A DNA stretch of 64,000 nt from Monocercomonoides exilis PA203. Lineage: Eukaryota; Protista; Preaxostyla. Position 1 is the first letter of the stretch. Each line of letters begins with the position of its first letter. Made by a program: the position numbers and the translations under genes. The notes beneath the pieces are model-generated. The model had not been told where the DNA came from, did no database searches, and saw nothing but the letters and a program-made list of their open reading frames with translations. This document shows positions 57,158-64,000 of the stretch, piece by piece. The stretch lies in contig LSRY02000027.1 of assembly GCA_001643675.2 (NCBI GenBank), positions 1,054,001 to 1,118,000 on the forward strand, written 5' to 3'.

Positions 57158-57230
57158 TGCCCCAGGTCGGTTTCGATCCAACTACCTGCAGATCTTCAGT
57201 CTGACACTCTACCAATTGAGCTACTAGGGC
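57158..57230 (-). tRNA. tRNA-Phe (GAA)
   Basis: GCCCTAG TA GCTC AATTGGTA GAGT G TCAGA CTGAAGA TCTGC AGGTA GTTGG ATCGAAA CCGAC CTGGGGC A: a 73-nt cloverleaf followed by AATTTTT. Confidence 0.93.
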
Positions 57231-57441
57231 ATATATGTAGTAGAACTTATGCGATTTGAACTGGTCATATATTATTTACCTTTGCTAAAGTAGATAAGTT
57301 TAATATAATTCAAATTAGATCGAGACAAATCGATTTGATTGAGTCAATGCAAATTACTATAATTGTGGGTGCGAATATGATCGATAATAATTGTTATTAA
57401 TGGGCATTTTTGTATTTAACTTTTTTTCAACTTTATTATTC

Positions 57442-59001
57442 ATGTCTCAATCTCCATTTTTCGATATTTTAACGAGCGTGGAAAAAAGAAATGTGATGCC
57501 ATCTCATATTGAGATTAAATCTGATGATGATCAGCAATCAATCATCGATAAATTTTGCAAAAAATTTTCTGACCCATCTTTCGGTTTTCACCGACTGACT
57601 GGGTTTGTTCGTTATGAATTCGACTTGCTTCTTCGTCTTCTCTCATCATCAGCCCAACCTCATCGTGGAAGGGCAAAATCAATCGAATCTTTGGATGAAC
57701 AACTTTTTCTTTTGTTAGTTTTTCTTCACCATGGCTCTATTTCTTTAACTCACGTCATATCTCAATCAAAACACGAATCTCAAACATCAACAGTTCGACT
57801 TCTTCATTCAACAGCATCAAATTTAAAATCTCAACTTGCAGATCTTTTTCTTTCATTTCGTCCAGATCGTTTGGAGCAAATGAAGGAGGTGGGAATTGTG
57901 CTTGACTGCACAGTAATACCTACAAACAGGCCTGGAGGGAGGTTGGAGTTTGGAAAAAAATACTACTCAGGGAAGCATCACATTTATTGTGTCAAGGCGG
58001 AGGTGGGAGTGAACCCCAAGGTGGGGACAGCAAGTACAATCAGTTCTATCTACTCTGGGTCAACTCACGATTTCACTATTTTCAAAGAACATTACCCCAC
58101 ATTTGTTCAAAAGCTTGGAGGAGCAAAGATTTTGGCCGATTCCGCTTACATAGGAGCGAAACCAGAGCTTGGGGCGATTATCACAAAGCCCGTTGGAACT
58201 CCTGAGCTTGCATCTCATCGTGTTATTGTTGAAAGATTCTTTGGAAGACTCAAAACTCTCTTTTCTGTCTTCCGTCATCCGTGGGTTTTTGAAATGGAGC
58301 GTGTTGGGGACTATTTTTCAGTGGCTTGCTGCCTAACAAACTTTCATATCTTGCACAATCCACTGACAAATAAGGATTTTGAAGCAAATACATTGTTTTT
58401 GGAGGAGCTATATTCGAATTACTTGAGAAAAGTTGATGCAAAGAAGGTGGCTAATGCTAGATATTTCGCCAAAATGAAAAATAAACTCAATCCAGAAAAT
58501 ACCCTGACACCCACAATAACTACAATTTTGGCAGAAACAGGAGGCTTATCTTTCACTTCTATACCATTATTTTTTATTTTCTTTTACTATTTTTTCATTT
58601 TTATAAACATCATTTTACCATATTTTTTTATTTAAGATGCTTTTGATGAAGATCAAAGGGTGTACGAAGCAGAAAAAGCGAAAGAAAGAAGAGAAAGAGC
58701 GAACTGCGAAGTTTTCGAACAAAGAAGCGAGCAAAGGGAACAGGTTTTGCAAAAAGAAAGAAAAGATTTTGATGAAGATCAAAATTGTGATAATTCACAA
58801 GCTTGGCACCTTCCGCAGCAATGGAAGTCGATAAGTATTTTTTCTCCATCTTCAACTCAGCCTTTTCCTTCATTTACACAAACACAACCTTCTTCTTCCT
58901 TTTCATCATCATCTTCATCTACTGCTTCTTCTTCATCTTCTGCTGATTCAAAACAAAATAAACCCCCATCTGTTCTCCAATTGTTACTGAATAAAAAGTG
59001 A
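57442..59001 (+). CDS. DDE_Tnp_4 transposase (PIF/Harbinger-ISL2EU, IS5-like); probable GC-AG intron 58544-58636
   Basis: FHRLTGF, EQLFLLLVFL (HTH_Tnp_4-like), LDCTVIP, YYSGKH, GSTHDFTIF, ILADSAYIG and RVIVERFFGRLK; the catalytic D-D-E are present. The same frame resumes after TAA 58633-58635. Confidence 0.85.
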
Positions 59002-59469
59002 ATATCATTTAATTTTTCTTTGACTTCTTTATGCAACCATCTCATATTTTTAATAATCACTAATAATTAATATTTCCAATTCTGAATTTATTTTTTTGAA
59101 TGAAAAACAAAAATTGTGTTTATTTAGAAAATTTCTATATATTTGTTAGTTTTCTATGTAAAATATACTAATAAAAATGAAATGAAAAAAAAACCTAACA
59201 AAAACAAAAAAGTAAATAAAATTTGATCGAAAGAGCTTTTTGTTTTTCTGAAATACAGTTATAAATAAAATTTTAACTGTTGATCATCTCTTGCACGTGT
59301 TGTAAACGTTAGTTTCAAATTGTTCATTACGATCCGAATCGGAAGAAGAGATGTTGAAAATAAACAATAAATACTTAAACCAATCAAAAAAAGAATTCAC
59401 AAACTTGTTGCATTTTTAAGATCTGCCAACAAGGTAGAGAGTTTGAAAAAATAAGTCAATATCTTGATC

Positions 59470-59669
59470 GTAATTGACTCATAATTGTTTTCAAAAAAGA
59501 TCAAAAAATGATCAATTCAAATCAGATTTGATTAAGTCAAATCAAATAAGATTGACTAAATGCAAATTGATTGAGTCAAATCAAAATTATGTGCTCAATT
59601 CGAAAAAGCTCAAGTAGAACTTGATTGATTTGACTGAGTCACGAAAATGTGACTCAGTCAAATCGATTT
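59470..59669. repeat. Subterminal array of GATTTGA(T/C)TGAGTCA motifs including a perfect 16-bp hairpin (59627-59664)
   Basis: GATTTGACTGAGTCAC-gaaaat-GTGACTCAGTCAAATC, with related copies at ~59473, 59525, 59551 and 59565. Confidence 0.8.
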
Positions 59670-60819
59670 TTGTCAGGTTTATCTAATTTTTCTAATTTTA
59701 ATTGAATTTCCCTCAATCTCACCAAAGGCGAAATTGTTATTTTTATGATCACAAATTGCGATCAAACATTTTTTTGTTTTGTTCGTATTTGTCCTTATTA
59801 TTGTTATTATTGTGTGAATTTTTGATATGTTACTATTTGATTAGAGTTTATTCAATGTTTATCACATTTTTTGGTGTTTTAATAGTTTGATTCAGGTTTT
59901 TGATAACTTTCCATTTTTGTTATTCCAACTTTGTTATCAACTTTTTTGATTGAAATAGATTAAAATCTTTTTGTTTTTTATTGGATAAACGTTTGCACAT
60001 ACGATTTATTTGAGTTTTTTTTTGTTTATGAAAATATTTTTAACATATTGTTTTTTTAAATGTGCATCATGTTTTGAACCGAATAGTTTTATGTTGTTTT
60101 GATTATTTGATTAACAAATAAAAAAAGAAAGCTATTGCAAGCATTGTTCTTTTGTTATTTCATTCTTTTCGAACTTTTTGAAAAGTATTCATAAAAAACG
60201 AAATATTTTTGTTAAGAATAATTTTTTGTTCGCGATAAAAACATAAATAGTTTTTATATAATGTGACAATCACTTTCTGACAATTTCAAATTTATTAATA
60301 AGGTTAAACTCAAAATTTTTATTGTTTTTTTTTAATTTTTTTTAAAATATCAATAAATAATAAATAAAACAATTATTGATGAATATAATTGAGCTTTGTC
60401 AGAGAAAAAACTAAGTTTTAATAAGAAATATGGGACGAAATACGGAAAATCATAATTTTTATGCCCTTGTTGTTTATCTTCAAAGAATTAAATTTAATTG
60501 TGGGAAATAGTTTTTGTTTTTTTTAAAAAATAAAAATTCTTCATCATAAATGTATTAATGATAATAATGTTTGATTTTTTAATTCTTCCATAAAAAAAAC
60601 AAATAATTCTCAAAACAAACTTCAACATACCAATAAATTTAAAATAGAAATAATTAATAGTACTTTGATGTTCTCAAAATGTGAAAATAATCAAAAAAAA
60701 AATCTAAAAAAATTTGAAACTTTTCCACAAATGTTACTAATTCATTCAATTTCAAAATAAATATAACTGTTTTTTGAATAAAGGATGAAAAAATAAAAAA
60801 CAGATTTATCATAACTTCA

Positions 60820-61039
60820 TCCTGGGAGTCATAATTCCGGGAACCCCAACCCCAAATATTCATTTAACACAAAGCGAAACCGACTAGACTTTTGCAAGCT
60901 AAGCAAAAAAATAACAATAAAGTTTGAAAAACAGTATTATCATTTTTTCCTGGGAGTCTGCGTTTCGGGAACCCCAACCCCTTTATGTTTTATGAATATT
61001 TTTTTTTCGGAACCGACTAGACTGCAATAAGCTAAGCAA
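60820..61039. repeat. Two direct copies of a GC-rich four-block motif
   Basis: TCCTGGGAGTC-N4-TTYCGGGAACCCCAACCCC-N21/26-CGRAACCGACTAGACT-N5-AAGCTAAGCAA at 60820-60906 and 60948-61039. Confidence 0.9.
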
Positions 61040-61229
61040 TGAAGTCAGGAAAACTCATTAAAAAAAGAATATAATAACAACATAAATCAAAAAATGCATA
61101 AGAACTTCAAATCATTACAGTTGAAAAAATCGTTTAGAAATTAATAAAAAATTAACAATTGTGGAAACAGTTCAAAAACAATAAACACAATATTTCAACA
61201 AATTTAAACAACAAAATACTCAATAGAGA

Positions 61230-64000
61230 TTAAAAACATATTCGTTTGTTTGAGTGATTGTCTATCTCCGAATTGGAAGATTTTTTTTTATTTGATTTTA
61301 TAATTTCATTTGTTTCAACAATCATCAAGTCATCATCGATATTAGAAGAATTCCTTCGAGTGTGGTGAATAATTTGTGAATCATTTTTATTTCGTAATTT
61401 TTCGGTCTTTTTTTTCCTTTCACATTGAATGCTTTGATTTGGGAATGAACAACCTTTTGATGCAGTTTTCTTTGGAAGTGAAAAAACTGCTGGTTTTTCC
61501 ATTGACATTCTTTGATTTATTCGAGATAATGTTCTTTCATTGATAGGCATATTGTTTGTATGATCTGCATTTGCTCCTGCAAACTTCTTTCTTTCTGCAA
61601 CTATTCTTTCTTGCCCACTTTTGCAATCACTGATGATTTTCCATTTATCCTCTAACAATTGTGAATGAGATGCCGTGAATATATGATCGTTTTGTCTTTT
61701 GAAAGATAAATAAATCATCATCGAAGGTACTTTCAGCCAACTCCAAGTTTTTTTATTTGAAGGAGTGTATCTGAAGCCAAAATCAATAAAAATAAAAACT
61801 TCAACGTTATTAAATGAAAAAAAGTGAAACATACAAGTGAAACTGTCTGCTCATTTTCTCATTTAAGGTGCTTTGAATAGAAGAATCAAAAATTTGTTTC
61901 AAAAAGGCACAAAATGATGAAGCATTACTTCCAGTTTCTAAGCTCGTAGTTGACAATTTGGATGAAATTGATCCAAACTCTCCATCGCATTCCGATTTTC
62001 CATGCTGCTCCGTGAAATAATTCACATATATACAAGAAAATTGTTTGAGATTTTGGTTGTCATTCAGAAAATTACTTAAAAAGTATTTGTTCCTGAAGTG
62101 AGGGCCAGAGTCTGAAAAAATTGTCAGAGTTGATTGAAGTGGGTGTGATTCCGATATATGTTTTTCAATAACAATGTTCAAGCATTCAATGGCGTATCTG
62201 AAATCATGAGTTAAACAATCCGAAATGAAGTGATGACATGTTTTGTGAAGTGAATTATTTTGCTTTGTGTATGAAATAATGCACAGGTCAGACATTTGTT
62301 TTTTTGTGTAAAAATCTTTACTGATTTCTCTTCTTGAAAGCGGAAGCTGCCAATTCTCTTTGAAGTCTAGCAGCAAAAGAAGATCTCCATTTTTCAATTT
62401 GCTCTTTGAATCAACAAATGATTGTTTTTGGCATTCTGCCCATTTGTTGTGCTCCGTTATGTATTGCAGCTCTTCATTTTCCTGATCACTGAGTTGTCTA
62501 TTTTGAGATATTTTCTGTAAATATCTTGCCCTTTCACAAATGGAGCACAAGTCAGTTCTGTTTCTAGGTTTTGTGATGATTCCTTGTGTTTTCTTGCAGA
62601 AATATGAGTAGGACATATTGATTCCTGTTTTTAACACCAATTCACTGTGAAGTTGTTTTTTTGTTTTATAAGTTGTTCTGTTAACTCCACCACAAAACAT
62701 AGAATCATTCATATTGTTTTCGGGTGCAATGTTTGAACTATTTGAATCATTGCTGAAGTGATCAAAAGATGAATCGAGAAAAACAGATTGTCTTTGAGTT
62801 TCTATTTGAATAAATGAACTTTTAACGTAACATATAAAACTTGTTTTCCATCCGTTTGAACACAACTCTTCATATTTATTTTTAATTTCAAGATCATTAA
62901 CAACTTCCACATTTTCATCGTTGCAGATTTTCCAATGGAAATTGTATTCGTTGCTGTTTTCGATTTGTTCAATATGGGATAATGTAATACAAATGAAATG
63001 ATGGATTGTTGGATTAAACAAAATTATGGAAAGAAGATTGTATTTCTCTTTCTGAGTTGAATCTTGATCAGTGCATTGCATGCTTTTGGCAACTTCAATT
63101 ATCCATGATGATTTGTTCAATCCAGCTACTTTTTCGTTTTGTTCATTTGAAGAAATAGAATTATTCTCACATCGAAATAACAAGAAATCTGAGTTGTTTG
63201 CATATTGAGTTTGCTGAATCACTCCACCAATCGATCTGCACAATGGACAGCTCAATTCTTCGTTCTTTCTTTGAGATTGAAGGATTTGAAACTCGTTCAA
63301 TGACTGTTCAATTGAATGACCTTGTAGAATGATAATATCAACTTTTTGTGGCATTTCAAAAGATGCATATCCACACATTTGGCAAATGATATTATCTGTT
63401 GAATGACAACCCAAATTGTTCATTGCAGTAGGAGATTGTTTGCGAATTATTTTCAGTAACCATTCTATTGCATCATCCGATTCGTGCTCCTCCATTTTTG
63501 AAATATCATTTTCATTGTTCCATTTTTCGTAGAACTCTTCGTTCCAGTAAGATTCAATATTCTCCTGTTGATCATTTATTGATTTGCAAATATTGATGAT
63601 TGTTGAAGAAAGAATATCTTTCGTTTCTTTCTGAAATTCCCTCGAATGGAATTTATTCATTGATGCAAACATTTGAATAGCTGCAGCTAAGTAACAGCTA
63701 TTTCCTAAATTTTTCAAGCCAACTGGTATTGATGAAGAACAAGGATGCAATTCATGCGACTTCTGCACATTGACAATCAATTGTGGAACGTGTGGAATAG
63801 ATGCCTTAGTTGATTCATCGTTATTTTGAATGTCTTCGTTGGAATACTCATCATCTTGACCGTCATAACCTGTAGGAAAACGATTTTCGCACAAAATGCC
63901 CCAATTATCATCATTGTCAAGATCTTATTTTGAAAAATAAAATACAAAATAATTAACAGAAAATAAAAAAAATATATAGACCTTCAGAGTCATGGAGACT
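61230..64000 (-). CDS. USP (peptidase C19)-Sola2-like DDD transposase fusion; introns 61771-61834 and 63924-63981; 5' end beyond window
   Basis: USP part: GLKNLGNSCYLAAAIQ, EEHESDDAIEWLL, CQMC/CPLC, YNLLSIILFNPTIHHFIC, WKICNDENV. Transposase part: SYSYF...TDLCSICE, LLLLDFKENW, THD, IFSDSGPHFRN, NYFTEQHGKSECDGEFG. Both introns are GT-AG and keep the frame. Confidence 0.8.

Larger units (their letters stand above)
57312..59688 (+). mobile_element. Putative Harbinger/ISL2EU-like DNA transposon; ends approximate
   Basis: AAATCGATTTGATTGAGTCA (57327-57346) matches the reverse complement of TGACTCAGTCAAATCGATTT (59650-59669) at 19/20. AAATTAGAT / ATCTAATTT lie just outside. No clear TSD. Confidence 0.55.

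Noticed and set aside
60820-61039. Reading the duplicated motif as a CRISPR array, telomeric repeat or mini-exons (LLSLxxSSR / GWGSRNxDSQ with apparently synonymous changes)
   Set aside because: Only two units in a eukaryote with no cas genes; just two CCCCAA-like units; the left copy lacks an AG acceptor and the frames hit stops.

Overview
AT-rich, intron-rich eukaryotic (protist) DNA read with the standard genetic code. Huge poly-Ser (TCT/TCA) and Lys/Glu tracts and a large beta-helix/TM/pseudokinase gene suggest an oxymonad such as Monocercomonoides (inference). Host genes: a coiled-coil protein (5' end outside the window), a YAK1/DYRK kinase, a secreted Cys-rich protein, the RNA Pol I/III subunit AC40, a ~2,680-aa receptor-like pseudokinase, an AMSH/STAMBP JAMM deubiquitinase, a ~5,900-aa BLTP3/VPS13-family chorein-N protein, and tRNA-Phe(GAA). 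Mobile DNA: a near-perfect ~1-kb foldback element (26661-27926) with a 256-bp MITE nested in one arm (GGG...CCC termini, 4-bp TSD), two decayed foldbacks at 15-17 kb, an orphan gag-like ORF, and a DDE_Tnp_4 (Harbinger/ISL2EU-like) transposon directly upstream of the tRNA. The most unusual item is at the right end: a spliced gene fusing an apparently intact ubiquitin-specific protease (USP/C19) domain to a Sola2-like DDD transposase. A Gly-Gly motif lies at the domain junction and a duplicated GC-rich block motif lies just downstream. All family assignments come from motifs recognised by eye; no searches were run.
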